NCBI GenBank assembly: GCA_951406725.2
Contig: OX597841.1
Span: 14,942,001 to 15,006,000 of the forward strand
DNA: 64,000 bases
Direction of reading: 5' to 3'
From: Octopus vulgaris
Taxonomy: Eukaryota
Shown: positions 1 through 13,006 of the stretch, piece after piece
Numbering within the stretch: position 1 is the stretch's first letter
Layout: each line of letters starts with the position of its first letter
The notes under the pieces: model-generated
Told to the model about the DNA's origin: nothing
The model's input: the letters and a program-made list of their open reading frames with translations, nothing else
Databases searched by the model: none
Translations under genes and position numbers: made by a program

Positions 1-266
1 CCACAGACACGTGTACCCTTAACGTAGTCCTCGGGGAGATTCAGCGTGGTACAGAGTGTGACAGGGCTGGCCCCTTTGAAATACAGGTACAACAGAAACA
101 GGAAGAACAAGTGAGGGAATGTTGTGGTGAAAGAGTACAGCAGGGTTCGCCACCGCCCCCTGCTGGAGTCACGTGGGAGTTTATGTTGTTTCCGCCCAAC
201 AAACAATCGCAACACCCAGTCTCGGAATTGAAACCGCTGCTCTAACAACTGGGCCATTGCGCCTCC
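1..266 (-). mobile_element. tRNA-derived SINE family C (head GTGGAGGCGCAATGGCCCAGTGGTTAG...)
   Basis: Reverse complement shows an A-box/B-box-like tRNA head. Homologous copies at ~4440-4528(-), 28800-28907(-), 30180-30477(-), 63447-63580(+) and 63978-64000(+). Confidence 0.75.
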
Positions 267-620
267 ACACACACACATATGTGTGTGTGTGTGCGTATGT
301 CTATGTATATATGTTTACGTGTACATACATACATGTGTATACACACGCTCGCATCACAAGCGAAACACTGCCACCTTTCTCCTAGTATGTGACGCCCACA
401 TCGACACCTACCCTCTCCCGTTCCCAACTCCACTCGACCTTAACCCCACCCCTACCCCAACTCCACTTGACCCCGACCCCAGCCAGACTTCACCGCCCCT
501 CCCACTCCAACTCCACTCCTTTCCCAATCCTGGTCGTAACCCAATGAGCGACAGCAGTAAAAATAAGATGGACGTATCGAATTCTATTTTATTTATTTTC
601 TTTTCTTCTTTCTGTTCCAG

Positions 621-771
621 AATTCAAAACTGTCGAAGAATGTGTGAGCGCTAGAAAATCAACCAAAATCAATTATATTTGGGGAATCCCTTGGGACACG
701 AAGAATATCACAAAAAAAGAGTGTATGGTTGCCCCTGAAAAACCCTTCTGTTCACAGGCTCCAGTTAATAG
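621..771 (+). CDS. DD3-3: Protein DD3-3-like, internal exon A (first exon visible; gene starts upstream of window)
   Basis: Pyrimidine tract + ttccag acceptor at 619-620. Reads FKTVEECVSARKSTKINYIWGIPWDTKNITKKECMVAPEKPFCSQAPVN-R. Donor AG|GCAAGT (GC). Joins exon B in frame to give APVNRINHLGN, matching the recalled DD3-3 motif AP.SR.NHLGN. Confidence 0.82.
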
Positions 772-789
772 GCAAGTCTTATCTTAAAA

Positions 790-1182
790 CTAGCAGTATC
801 GCCCGGCGTTGCTCGGGTTTGTTTCGACCCTTTAGAATTGGAATTTTTGAAAAGTAAAAATTTTGCATTATGTAGCTTGTTATTCTCTTTAAGTGAACAT
901 TTTTCTGGTTGAAATACACCGAAAAATGGCGACACGGCAGTCAAAATTGGAAAAAATAGGGATTTTCATAGAAAAAAAAGCATCTTTTTGATGTAAATAA
1001 TTTTTGGTGTTAACACGGTTCGATTCGAATTTTTTCTTCTACAGAATGAAGAGCAAGCCTTCTTTTATCATACTCTCAATTTTGGTCAACTTGCGCCACA
1101 GGGTCTCGGAGGAGATAGTGTTAGTTGAAGGCTACCAAACCTGCCATACACACACACACAACTTCGGTTTTATGTGCATAGG
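790..1182 (-). mobile_element. Non-autonomous Helitron-like element
   Basis: On the minus strand it ends CCCGAGCAACGCCGGGCGATACTGCTAG (hairpin + CTAG); degenerate 5' end with (TG)n. Same 3' terminus as the 10291 and 10952 elements. Confidence 0.7.
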
Positions 1183-1229
1183 TTTCGTCTGTCTTTACGT
1201 TCTGAGTTCAAATTCCGCTAAGGTCGACT

Positions 1230-1544
1230 GCTACATAATGCAAAATTTTTACTTTTCAAAAATTCCAATTCTAAATGGTCGAAAAGAATTTTTTTGTGAT
1301 GTCATTGGTTTTGAGCGAACGACGGATCAGCTGATCCCATGCAGAGGAGTAATGTTCGCTGCGTGATGCACTAATTTTCAAGGTCGTCAGCTGCTACAAT
1401 TCAGCAATTTCAATCGATTTTTTTGTGAGAAAAACTAATTGCGTTAACTTCAGACAGAACATTGTTAACGTGACATCAAAGTCTGCCGTTTTAAGCACAA
1501 CTAAAAAAAAAACAAATGCGAGCAATGCCGGGCTATACTGCTAG
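1230..1544 (+). mobile_element. Helitron-like 3' fragment, opposite orientation to 790-1182
   Basis: 1230-1285 is the reverse complement of ~823-877; ends gcgagcaatgccgggctatactgCTAG|t. Confidence 0.62.
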
Positions 1545-1689
1545 TATCACTAAGCATTCCGCCCGGCGTGCTAACGATTCTGCCAGATCGCCGCTTTAAG
1601 TTATCAAAATATTAGAAACCGTTTGAACTCGAAACAATACATCACTGCTAATTTAACATGAAAGTCTACGTGTCTTTCTCTAATCTGTT

Positions 1690-1918
1690 TCTTTACTACC
1701 CACAAGGGGCTAAACATAGAGGGGACAAACAAGGACAGACAAAGGGATTATGTTGATTACATCAACTCCAGTGCGTAACTGGTACGTTATTTATCGACCC
1801 CGAAAGGATGAAAGGCAAAGTCGACCTCGGCGGGATTTGAACTCAGAACGTAACGGCAGACGAAACACAGCTACGCATTTCGCCCGGCGTGCTAACGTTT
1901 CTGCCGGCTCGCCGCCTT
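1690..1918 (-). mobile_element. tRNA-derived SINE family B (MetaSINE-like central domain)
   Basis: Reverse complement: GGCGGCGAGCCGGCAGAAACGTTAGC...GAGTTCAAATCCCGCC GAGGTCGACTTTGCCTTTCATCCTTTCGGGGTCGATAAA. Other copies at ~13225-13380, 23530-23670, 27843-28048, 42340-42625, 43160-43250, 43925-44320, 48695-48868 and 58126-58330. Confidence 0.8.
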
Positions 1919-1959
1919 GTGTCTTTCTCTAATCGTTTTTTTTTCTTTCCCTGACACAG

Positions 1960-2064
1960 AATAAATCATTTAGGCAATGGGATCGGCGGAGAAACCAATT
2001 CTTTCGACTGGAAACTCCCTTATTTCCCTTCTGGCAGCGAAATGCGTTGTGTCTACAGAGCCAG
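1960..2064 (+). CDS. DD3-3: Protein DD3-3-like, exon B
   Basis: tttccctgacacag acceptor; INHLGNGIGGETNSFDWKLPYFPSGSEMRCVYRA-R; donor AG|GTGAGT; phase 2/2. Absent from ORF track. Confidence 0.9.
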
Positions 2065-2352
2065 GTGAGTTAATATGATTTTTTCCAAAATGTAAATTGC
2101 TCAAGTTTTCAGGTGAGTCCTTCCTATCGACAACTGTGATTGTCACACGCTGATGATAGGTCAACACCTTGAAACTCGGGTCCGTGTGTATCATAAGTTG
2201 AAGACGGGAAGGATGGCTTCCCTTTGCAAATACTGATAGGGCACAGAAAGTGTGTCTATAGCCAGCTGGAGGAGATGTCTTCCTGGGGCTAAAAACTACA
2301 GTAGCATCCACCCTTAGGGGTTAGCCATATTCAAATGACATATTTACATCAC

Positions 2353-2418
<66 letters not shown>

Positions 2419-2622
2419 CAAAATAAGCAACAAGGATATCCAAGGTAGTGTAGTACAATTGTTTCATGCTACTTCATTTTATCAAACACTGTAAATCACC
2501 CCATTTGATTTATATGGATAGTACCATACCAAATTCTGGTGACTTTAACTTAAGTACCATATTCATCTGAATCTAAATTTTGCGGAACTTATATATATAT
2601 ATAAGGAGTGGCTGTGTGGTAA

Positions 2623-2760
2623 GTAGCTTGCTAACCAACCACATGGTTCCGGGTTCAGTCCCACTGCGTGGCATCTTGGGCAAGTGTCTTCTGCTATAGT
2701 CCCGGGCCGACCAATGCCTTGTGAGTGGATTTGGTAGACGGAAACTGAAAGAAGCCTGTC

Positions 2761-2821
<61 letters not shown>

Positions 2822-3056
2822 CGTGTGTGTACGTGTGTGTGTCTGTGTGTGTCTGTGTGTCTGTGTTTGTCCCCCTAGCATTGCTTGACAACTGATGCTG
2901 GTGTGTTTACGTCCTCGTCACTTAGCGGTTCGGCAAAAGAGACCGATAGAATAAGTACTGGGCTTACAACGAATAAGTCCCGGGGTCGATTTGCTCGACT
3001 AAAGGCGGTGCTCCAGCATGGCCTCAGTCAAATGACTGAAACAAGTAAAAGAGTAA
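2623..3056 (+). mobile_element. tRNA-derived SINE family A (CORE-like, internal TA/GT microsatellite)
   Basis: GGAGTGGCTGTGTGGTAAG...GGGTTCAGTCCC head, CTTGGGCAAGT CORE-like motif, tail GCGGTGCTCCAGCATGGCC..CAGTCAAATGACTGAAACAAGTAAAA. Confidence 0.85.
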
Positions 3057-3348
3057 AAATAGTAAAAGAGTATATATATATATATAGTAATTTTCCGTGA
3101 TGGTACGATATCAACAAAAAAGTACTCCATCTGGTGAGAGTTAAATATTATTCAATGGACACAATACATGTTCTTATGTCCTACTAATAGTTTCATGTGA
3201 TGGGAGTAAGCCAAGCAGTGTTTTATAACTTGTTTGGTGTCCCTGTACAATCATGAGATACAGCGCACATGGCATAATGAACAAAAACTGGGTCAAGATA
3301 AAAAGCGAGAAAAAACGAGGAAGAAATATATATAATATATATATAATA

Positions 3349-3750
3349 GGCGCAGGAGTGGCTGTGTGGTAAGTAGCTTGCTAACCAACCACATGGTTCC
3401 GGGTTCAATCCCACTGCGTGACATCTTGGGCAAGTGTCTTCTGCTATAGACCCGGGCCGACCAATGCCTTGTGAGTGGATTTGGGAGACGGAAACTGAAA
3501 GAAGCCTGTCGTATATATGTATATATATATATGTATGTGTGTGTGTTTGTGTGTCTGTGTTTGTTCCCCTAGCATTGCTTGACAACCGATGCTGGTGTGT
3601 TTACGTCCCCGTCACTTAGCGGTTCGGCAAAAGAGACCGATAGAATAAGTACTGGGCTTACAAGGGAAGAGTAAGTCCCGGGGTCGAGTTGCTCGACTAA
3701 AGGCGGTGCTCCAGCATGGCCGCAGTCAAATGACTGAAACAAGTAAAAAA
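3349..3750 (+). mobile_element. SINE family A, near full length
   Basis: Near-identical to 2623-3056. Further copies at ~16143-16540, 29159-29560, 41930-42300, 48225-48620, 51655-52075(-), 61605-61935 and 61975-62358(-), plus partials at ~7670, 13765, 26875, 28538, 31740 and 33345. Confidence 0.85.
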
Positions 3751-3859
3751 GAGTAAAAAAAAGAGAGAGAGTATAAAGAGTGGAAAGTTGAAAAACCGGA
3801 AAGCGAAAAAGGAACCAGGAAAAGGAGGAATGGGAACTTAGAGCCTATGGTACATTTAT

Positions 3860-4345
3860 TCAATATAATGGGTGAAGTACTCCCCAATTCTTCAACAGGA
3901 ACTTAGGCATATGCTTGCAACCACTGAAAATTTCGGATCTAAAGTTCAGCAGTGAGTTAGAGTTCTTAGATCGAAAATGGATCCGAGTTCTTTCGGTTAC
4001 GCATGCCTTACATTTTTTTTTTGATCCGTTGTTATATGGGGTTGATTTTTCGGTTATTTTCCACTTTATCGTATGTCGTGTAGCGTTCGGTTTCAAACTG
4101 CACCTACTTAGTAACTTTGCTTTTGTCTCTGTGTCGGAAGAAAGATATGTGATTCTCATAGTGATTCTTGAATCCTCTTTCACATAGTCCGATATAACTC
4201 TTCTTACCAGTTTGCGTTATTATCAAGCGTTGCAGTAACTTCTCTCTCATATATGACGGATTTAACCATACATCGCTTGTTGAGTGGACATGTTCGTGTG
4301 TATCGACAGTTACAGCTGGGAGCGGACTTTTGGTGTTGGTCTCGT
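3860..4345 (-). mobile_element. Penelope-like element, degraded GIY-YIG endonuclease C-terminus
   Basis: Frameshifted peptides CNCRYTRTCPLNKRCMVKSVIYE..VT, YIGLCE, IKWKITEKSTPYNNGSKKCKAC, LLNFRSEIFSGCKH..KFLL, typical of Penelope elements. Confidence 0.8.
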
Positions 4346-4730
4346 CTCGACCAGCGATGTTTGAATAAATCTGTCATATATGAAGCAGAAGTTACTTCAA
4401 CGCTTGATAATAACACAACCGATAAGAAGAGCTCAATAAACACTCACAATGCTCGGTCTGGGAATCGAAACCGCGATCCTACGACCACCAGTCCGCTGCC
4501 CTAACCACTGGGCCACTGTGCCGCCACATTAATGTCCTCCCAGTTTAACGACGGTAATAAATGTTCCAGCGTTGTCAACTGTAAGTCGTCCTGAATTTGT
4601 TTATTGATATCAAACCGGACTCCATTTAAAAGCAGACATATTATTATCAGATCTTCAACCGCATTTCATTCAACCACCATTCATTGTATTGCTAAAGAAT
4701 TAAGCACGTGTGAAACGCTTTCTTTTGCAG

Positions 4731-4793
4731 GTATAACATTAGTACGGATGACTATTCCACAACAGAGACGACGTCTGAAGACAACGAAGACGT
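4731..4793 (+). CDS. DD3-3: Protein DD3-3-like, exon C (63 nt)
   Basis: cttttgcag acceptor; (R)YNISTDDYSTTETTSEDNED-V; donor GTAAGT. RYNISTDDY is a hallmark DD3-3 motif; phase 2/2. Confidence 0.9.
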
Positions 4794-5127
4794 GTAAGTC
4801 GAGAACCGAGACCGTCGTGTCTCGTTTTCTTTTTCGTTTTTAAATTAAGCTAAAGCCGTTCGTAGTTGACTGATCAGTTAGAAAAAAAAATATCGATCAG
4901 AAATATAGGCTAGGTCAAAAGTCACTGATCAAAACATTTGACATTATTATTATTATTATGTTTTTATTCTTCTTCTTTCAAATTTGCTTCCATTTCTTGC
5001 CGTGTGTCTTCCCGACTCCTAGGGCAAAGAAACTCATAGTATACATTGGTAGGCCATTAAACTAAACTCAATAGTTCGTTCATTTTTTTAAAGTTAAATT
5101 AAAATACATGGGTAGTAATAGTTCTTA

Positions 5128-5199
<72 letters not shown>

Positions 5200-5200
<1 letters not shown>

Positions 5201-5781
5201 GAGTGAGAGAGCAGTGCATGCTATCAAAGTGACACTGGGGTACAAATATACGAAGCCCAGTAATACCCATCATGACTACCCGTCTGATAAAGGTACACCA
5301 GGCACATGCATCACAACCATATGTGCACCGACATGGTGATCTCATATCAAGATAAACAGCACATGACCTTGCAAGTGGGGCCCAGTTAGAATTTTCTTCA
5401 GGTTGAGTATCCCATCCCGCTCAAACGGTCCCTGAATAAGGGTTGTTTAAGGATGTTGAAAGAACCACCCATGTTTCCAGAGGTGAACTATTCAAACCCC
5501 AAAGAATCCCTCTCAACACATTGCTATGATGCTCCCCCACTACTTCTGCTCGTGATCAGAGATGCACATATCGTCAGCCACTAAGGGACATGCTCAACTG
5601 GTTAAGGTCAAACAACTGACAAGCAAATCTGTGGTATTGAGCAGAATATTTGCTGTAGGCCATCTTTTATACCAAGACAAAACAATGTACATGATAACAC
5701 TTCCAATCAGTTAAGATCAGAAGCTTCCAATCAGTTAAGATCAGAAGCCATGAGAGCCACTGCCTGGTACTGCATCAGGGC

Positions 5782-5783
<2 letters not shown>
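5200..5783 (-). mobile_element. ~560-580 bp non-autonomous interspersed element embedded in (ATT/AAT)n
   Basis: Reverse complement of 60568-61125; partial third copy at ~58340-58405. Flanked on both sides by (ATT)n. Confidence 0.8.
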
Positions 5784-6554
<771 letters not shown>

Positions 6555-6576
6555 GTGGTTGTTGTTACTCTTTCAG

Positions 6577-6866
6577 AGAGAAAGGAATAGAGTCGCCTGT
6601 CCAAAACAACCCGGTCGTGAAACTTGCTGGTCAAGAATTCCAGTTGGCAATCAACACTGCCCAGTTCGGCAGAACCTTCCAGGACAGGAGCCACGTGTTC
6701 CACTTGATGCCCCGTCCCCAGGGCTGTGACAACGAGACCATCAACAACCTGAACGTCCGCGGGAAACGGGGCAACATCGTACAAGTGTACCCGGCTGTGG
6801 AGTACGATTTTGTGCCCAACAATCTCGAAATGGATTCCGAGGACCTGGTGCACATCCAGTGGACTG
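6577..6866 (+). CDS. DD3-3: Protein DD3-3-like, exon D
   Basis: ctctttcag acceptor; [41 protein letters not shown]...[27 protein letters not shown]...LVHIQWT-G; donor G|GTGAGC. The [17 protein letters not shown] and [18 protein letters not shown] motifs are typical of DD3-3. Confidence 0.93.
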
Positions 6867-6894
6867 GTGAGCCTGGGGTCACAGATGATAAGGC

Positions 6895-6927
<33 letters not shown>

Positions 6928-6983
6928 TGTGTGTGTGTGTATGGGTGTGTGCATGTTCTTGTGTGGGTGCGTGTATGTGTGTA

Positions 6984-7014
<31 letters not shown>

Positions 7015-7283
7015 ACCTCTTCTTTTTTTTTCATTTCTCTTTCTTTTGTTCCTTTTCCTTTTTTTTCTCTTCTTTTTATTCCTTTCTTTTAATTTTATTC
7101 ATTTATTTTTGTTATTTTTATCTTGTTTTCTTCCCTTTTACGATCCCTCTTGATCGAAAACCTTTTTTATTCTTTTGTTTTTTCTTTTTCTTCTGTTTTT
7201 TGTTTTTTTCATCCCCCAAAAGAAAAGCTCTACCTTGTAACTTGTCCCATCTGTGTGCAGCCCTGTGTGGCCAATAAAGAAAC

Positions 7284-7356
<73 letters not shown>

Positions 7357-7357
7357 A

Positions 7358-7448
<91 letters not shown>

Positions 7449-7901
7449 AATCTATCTATCCAAAGGTAGTCTGTAAACTAAATTCACTGACAAACCTTTC
7501 AATATCCTGGGGTCCGTGGGGAAACCCATTTAAATAAAACGGGTTCTTGGTAGTGAAAAGTTTGAGTAGCGCTGGCCTAGATGCTACAGCCCGTCTTCCA
7601 GGCCCGAGCCAGCGGGCCTAGACTGAAGGGACAGTAAAAAGCTTGATATATATATATGTATATATATATAGGCTTCCTTCAGTTTCCGTCTACCAAATCC
7701 ACTCACAAGGCTTTGGTCAGTCCAGGGCTATTGTAGAAGACAATTACCCAAGGTGTCACGCAGTGGGAATGAACCCGGAACCGTGTGGCTGCTAAGCTGA
7801 CATTTTGCAGCACCTCCCCACCCGACGCCTGCAATTGTTAAATATTCTAAATTCTATCCATGTTCTGGGGTTCCTTAATATTCTCATTGCTTTCTTTACA
7901 G

Positions 7902-7955
7902 GGAGCAACACGCACAACAACAAAAAATATGGCAATGATGGACAAGGCGCAGATG
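7902..7955 (+). CDS. DD3-3: Protein DD3-3-like, exon E (54 nt)
   Basis: tttctttacag acceptor; (G)SNTHNNKKYGNDGQGAD-G; donor GTAAAA; phase 1/1; completes HIQWTGSNTHNN. Confidence 0.88.
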
Positions 7956-7979
7956 GTAAAACCATTATTATTATTATTA

Positions 7980-8028
<49 letters not shown>

Positions 8029-8174
8029 ATTATTATTATCATTATCATTACTATTATTATTATTAATTATTATTATTATTAATATTATTAATTATTATTA
8101 TTATAATTATTGTTATAATTATTATTAATTATTATTATTATTATTATTATTATTATTGTTATCAGTATTATCAA

Positions 8175-8206
<32 letters not shown>

Positions 8207-8280
8207 GTTATTAATATTAATTATTATTATTATTATTATTAATATTAGTATTATTATTATTATTGTTAGTATTATTCTTA

Positions 8281-8318
<38 letters not shown>

Positions 8319-8326
8319 CATTATCA

Positions 8327-8382
<56 letters not shown>

Positions 8383-8383
8383 A

Positions 8384-8424
<41 letters not shown>

Positions 8425-8468
8425 GTTATTATTATTATTAATTATTATTATTGTTATTATTATTATTA

Positions 8469-8510
<42 letters not shown>

Positions 8511-9335
8511 GAAGTAGAATTCTTAGAGCATAATATGGCCACGGCTGGAATGCTTTTCACTTTCTCCTCGATATATGACCACCAGGGGCTAAACACCACC
8601 ACCAACACTACCACGAACAACAACAATAACAACAACAACAACAAGTTTTTTCGAGTTGAGCGTGGAGAGAGTGTAGATAAACAAAGGGGGGGGGGTAATT
8701 GTCAAATCGTACGAGGGCAGAGTGCTTTCCCTTAGGAAACATTATAAGTTTGGCGTTAACTCTATAAATTATTTTGAAAGCTTTCAGCATTTGGAAACAA
8801 ACACAAACAAGAACTTTTAAACATTGGTTTTTCCTGTGGATGGCATCTTAGAATTCTATTTGGCTGAACTGTTTGAAAGAAAAAGGTCCTTAGAGCTTAG
8901 TGCGTGATACACACATAGACACATACATATGCATATATACACAAATGAATATATACAGACACATATATATGCACACACATATGTATAAGAATATATAATA
9001 GTATATAAACAATACTGTCTATTAGTCGTAAGACACCCGCTGTTTTTATCATTATTGTTTTTTGTATTTATATTCGTGTGGCATCGTCCGTTTTTCTGTC
9101 CCTGTTTCGTATACATTCGATCCTTTTTCCAAGAAATCTAATGCTCGTAGCCTAGTTTTTCCTTGGGGCTGGCCGGATCGGAGTGATATCAGGATTAATC
9201 AGCCGAAATTGCTAAGATGATCCGGTTCCTGACTGAAGATTAGAGGCGCTTCGAATGACCTGTATGTTTTTTTGTGTTGTCTCTTTGTGTAGTTTGCGTT
9301 CTTGTCCCCTTTTGTACATTTTATATAAAGTTTTT

Positions 9336-9452
<117 letters not shown>

Positions 9453-10290
9453 CATACATACAGGATGCGTAAAATATTTCAGGTCAAACTAATGTTTATT
9501 TTTTTTAAAAACATATAACAGATAGTAACTTTATTTATCAAAAAAAAACTATGAGGATAAAAAATAAATCTTTTCTATAATATTATTCAATAAAGCCACC
9601 TTCAGTTCCAACAACTGCTTCTGTACAAGATCTAAATCATCTACATGCTCAAATCAAGTGGTCCTGGTTCATTTTGGACATTACTCTGACTATGGCAGCT
9701 TTCAAAGAATCTTTGGTGTTATGGGCATGTTCATTGACCCCTCTCTCGACAATGCACCACATGTAATAGTCCAATGGATTGAGATCTGAAGAATTAGGAG
9801 GCCAAGTGTTAGGGGTTATGTGATCATGAAATTTTTTCAACCATCCATTGCTGTGTTACTAGAGCCATCTGTGATAGTACAGAGTTTTACTGAAACGCAT
9901 ACGGCCTTCCATTGTATACACTGTTTATCCAGGGCTTAAGAATTATTACCAGGACCTCAAAGTAGGCGGCAGAGTTAACTGTAAGGCTTTGTGGAAAGAA
10001 GTAAGGAGGCATTACATGTCCTTCCTTGCTGACAACTCCTAAAACCATGACAGTTGCAGGAAATTTTGTGTGCATAACACTTGGATCTTCAGAAGGGTCT
10101 GCACATAACCATCTGTCATTTCTTCTGTTAACTTTTTGATCTCGGTCGAAGTTTTTCTCGTTTAAGAAAAAAATCAAATCAAATCTTCTTCTGCTGGATT
10201 TTTCAGTTTGTTCAAGAACCTTTAATATCTGATGTAGTGATTTTCTTTTGCTCTTTCTGACAAATTGACCTTTCCTCATTATATACAACA

Positions 10291-10968
10291 CTAGCAGTAT
10301 CGCCCGGCGTTGCTCGGATTTGTAAGGGAAATAACTATATAAGCATTTTATATAAACTGTGCGAAAATGCATTAAAAATGCGGAAAAATTATGGTAAACT
10401 TTTTAAAAATCGTAGACTCATCGTAGACGCGCGCTAATACCCAGAAGGGCTCGATATGAATCACGACTATAAGATACTCGCTTTTGGTTACACTGCACCG
10501 CAAAATGTGGGAGTAGTTAGGAATCTAAATTGGTGTAGACAGACACACACACAACTACATCTTTATTTATAAAACTGTAGTTGTGTGAGTGTCTGTCCCC
10601 TTCGATTTAGATTCCTAACTACTCCCACATTTTGCGGTGCAGTTTAACCAAAACCGGGTATCTTATAGTCGTGATTCATATCGAGCCCTTCTGAGTATTA
10701 GCACGCGTCTACGATGAGTCTACGATTTAAAAAATAATTTACCATCATTTTTTCCCATTTTCATGCATATTTTTTTAAAGGGAAGTAACTCTCTAAAAAT
10801 GTCTGCGATGAGTCAACGATTTAAAAAAAAATTACCATCATATTTTTTCCATTTTTAATGCATTTTTTTGCTATGTTTTGGCTATAACTCTCTAAAAATG
10901 CAGTATAGTTATCTCCCTTACAAACCCGAGCAACGCCGGGCGATACTGCTAGTTTTTATATATAAAGA
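10291..10968 (-). mobile_element. Outer non-autonomous Helitron
   Basis: Minus-strand 5' TCTTTATATATAAAA (10968 downward) and 3' hairpin + CTAG (10291); inserted between A10290 and T10969 with no TSD. Confidence 0.82.
10560..10952 (+). mobile_element. Inner non-autonomous Helitron (same family, inverted)
   Basis: A|TCTTTATTTATAAAACTGTAG ... CCCGAGCAACGCCGGGCGATACTGCTAG|T; canonical TC...CTAG ends at an A|T site. Confidence 0.85.
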
Positions 10969-11098
10969 TTTCTGACTGTTCCTTCTGATACATGGACTTT
11001 CTGGGAGTGTAATCAATGGTCTGTTGAACTTGTTGGATACATTCAGATGTTCTGAGGATTCGAGTCTTTCGCTCATCATCGAAAACTTGTGTTTTTTC

Positions 11099-13006
11099 TA
11101 TGATTATTTCTATGATTATTTCTATGATTATTTCTATGATTATTTCTATGATTATTTCTATGATTATTTCTATGATTATTTCTATGATTATTTCTATGAT
11201 TATTTCTATGATTATTTCTATGGTTATTTCTATGATTATTTCTATGATTATTACTATGATTATTTCTATGATTATTTCTATGATTATTTCTATGGTTATT
11301 TCTATGATTATTTCTATGATTGTTACTATGATTATTTCTATGGTTATTTCTATGATTATTTCTATGATTATTACTATGATTATTTCTATGATTATTACTA
11401 TGATTATTTCTATGATTATTTCTATGATTATTTCTATGATTATTTCTATGATTATTTCTATGATTATTTCTATGATTATTTCTATGATTATTTCTATGAT
11501 TATTTTTATGATTATTTCTATGGTTATTTCTATGATTATTTCTATGATTATTACTATGGTTATTTCTATGATTATTTCTATGATTATTTCTATGGTTATT
11601 TCTATGATTATTTCTATGATTATTACTATGATTATTTCTATGGTTATTTCTATGATTATTTCTATGATTATTACTATGATTATTTCTATGATTATTACTA
11701 TGATTATTTCTATGATTATTTCTATGATTATTTCTATGATTATTTCTATGATTATTTCTATGACTATTTCTATGATTATTTCTATGATTATTTCTATGAT
11801 TATTTCTATGATTATTTCTATGATTATTTCTATGATTATTTCTATGATTATTTCTATGATTATTTCTATGATTATTTCTATGATTATTTCTCAGATTATT
11901 TCTATGATTATTTCTATGATTATTTCTATGATTATTTCTATGATTATTACTATGATTATTTCTATGATTATTTCTATGATTATTTCTATGATTATTTCTA
12001 TGATTATTTCTCAGATTATTTCTATGATTATTTCTATGATTATTTCTATGATTATTTCTATGATTATTTCTATGATTATTTCTATGATTATTTCTATGGT
12101 TATTTCTATGATTATTTCTATGATTATTACTATGATTATTTCTTTGATTATTACTATGATTATTTCTATGATTATTTCTATGATTATTTCTATGATTATT
12201 TCTATGATTATTTCTATGATTATTTCTATGATTATTTCTATGGTTATTTCTATGATTATTTCTATGATTATTACTATGATTATTTCTATGATTATTACTA
12301 TGATTATTTCTATGATTATTTCTATGATTATTTCTATGATTATTTCTATGATTATTTCTATGATTATTTCTATGATTATTTCTATGATTATTTCTCAGAT
12401 TATTTCTCAGATTATTTCTCAGATTATTTCTATGATTATTTCTATGATTATTACTATGATTATTTCTATGGTTATTTCTATGATTATTTCTAAGATTATT
12501 TCTCAGATTATTTCTCAGATTATTTCTCAGATTATTTCTATGATTATTTCTATGATTATTTCTATGATTATTTCTCAGATTATTTCTATGATTATTTCTA
12601 TGATTATTACTATGATTATTTCTATGATTATTTCTATGATTATTTCTATGATTATTTCTATGATTATTTCTATGATTATTTCTATGATTATTTCTATGAT
12701 TATTTCTATGATTATTTCTCAGATTATTTCTCAGATTATTTCTATGGTTATTTCTATGATTATTTCTATGATTATTTCTATGATTATTTCTATGATTATT
12801 TCTATGATTATTTCTATGATTATTTCTATGATTATTTCTATGATTATTTCTATGATTATTTCTCAGATTATTTCTATGATTATTTCTATGATTATTTCTA
12901 TGATTATTTCTATGATTATTACTATGATTATTTCTATGATTATTTCTATGATTATTTCTATGATTATTACTATGATTATTTCTATGATTATTTCTATGAT
13001 TATTTC
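11099..13006. repeat. 12-bp minisatellite (TATGATTATTTC) x159
   Basis: 1908 bp in exact 12-bp register. Variants TATGATTATTAC, TATGGTTATTTC and TCAGATTATTTC. Confidence 0.98.

Larger units (their letters stand above)
9460..11060 (-). mobile_element. Degraded Tc1/mariner (maT/DD37D-like) transposon interrupted by Helitrons
   Basis: Peptides IFFLNEKNFDRDQKVNRRNDRWL...VMHTKFPATVMVLGVVSKEGHVMPP, WPPNSSDLNPLDYYMW. VSEGTVRNVV is restored when 10291-10968 is removed. Confidence 0.85.

Noticed and set aside
2623-2680. tRNA genes at SINE heads
   Set aside because: A/B boxes are present but no clean cloverleaf; the heads continue into SINE bodies in many copies.
3175-3265. Additional hammerhead candidates (also ~2450, 52215, 52570, 56415, 9200/46960/59045)
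   Set aside because: Core mutated or helix I/II cannot be formed; at best decayed relics, so not counted.
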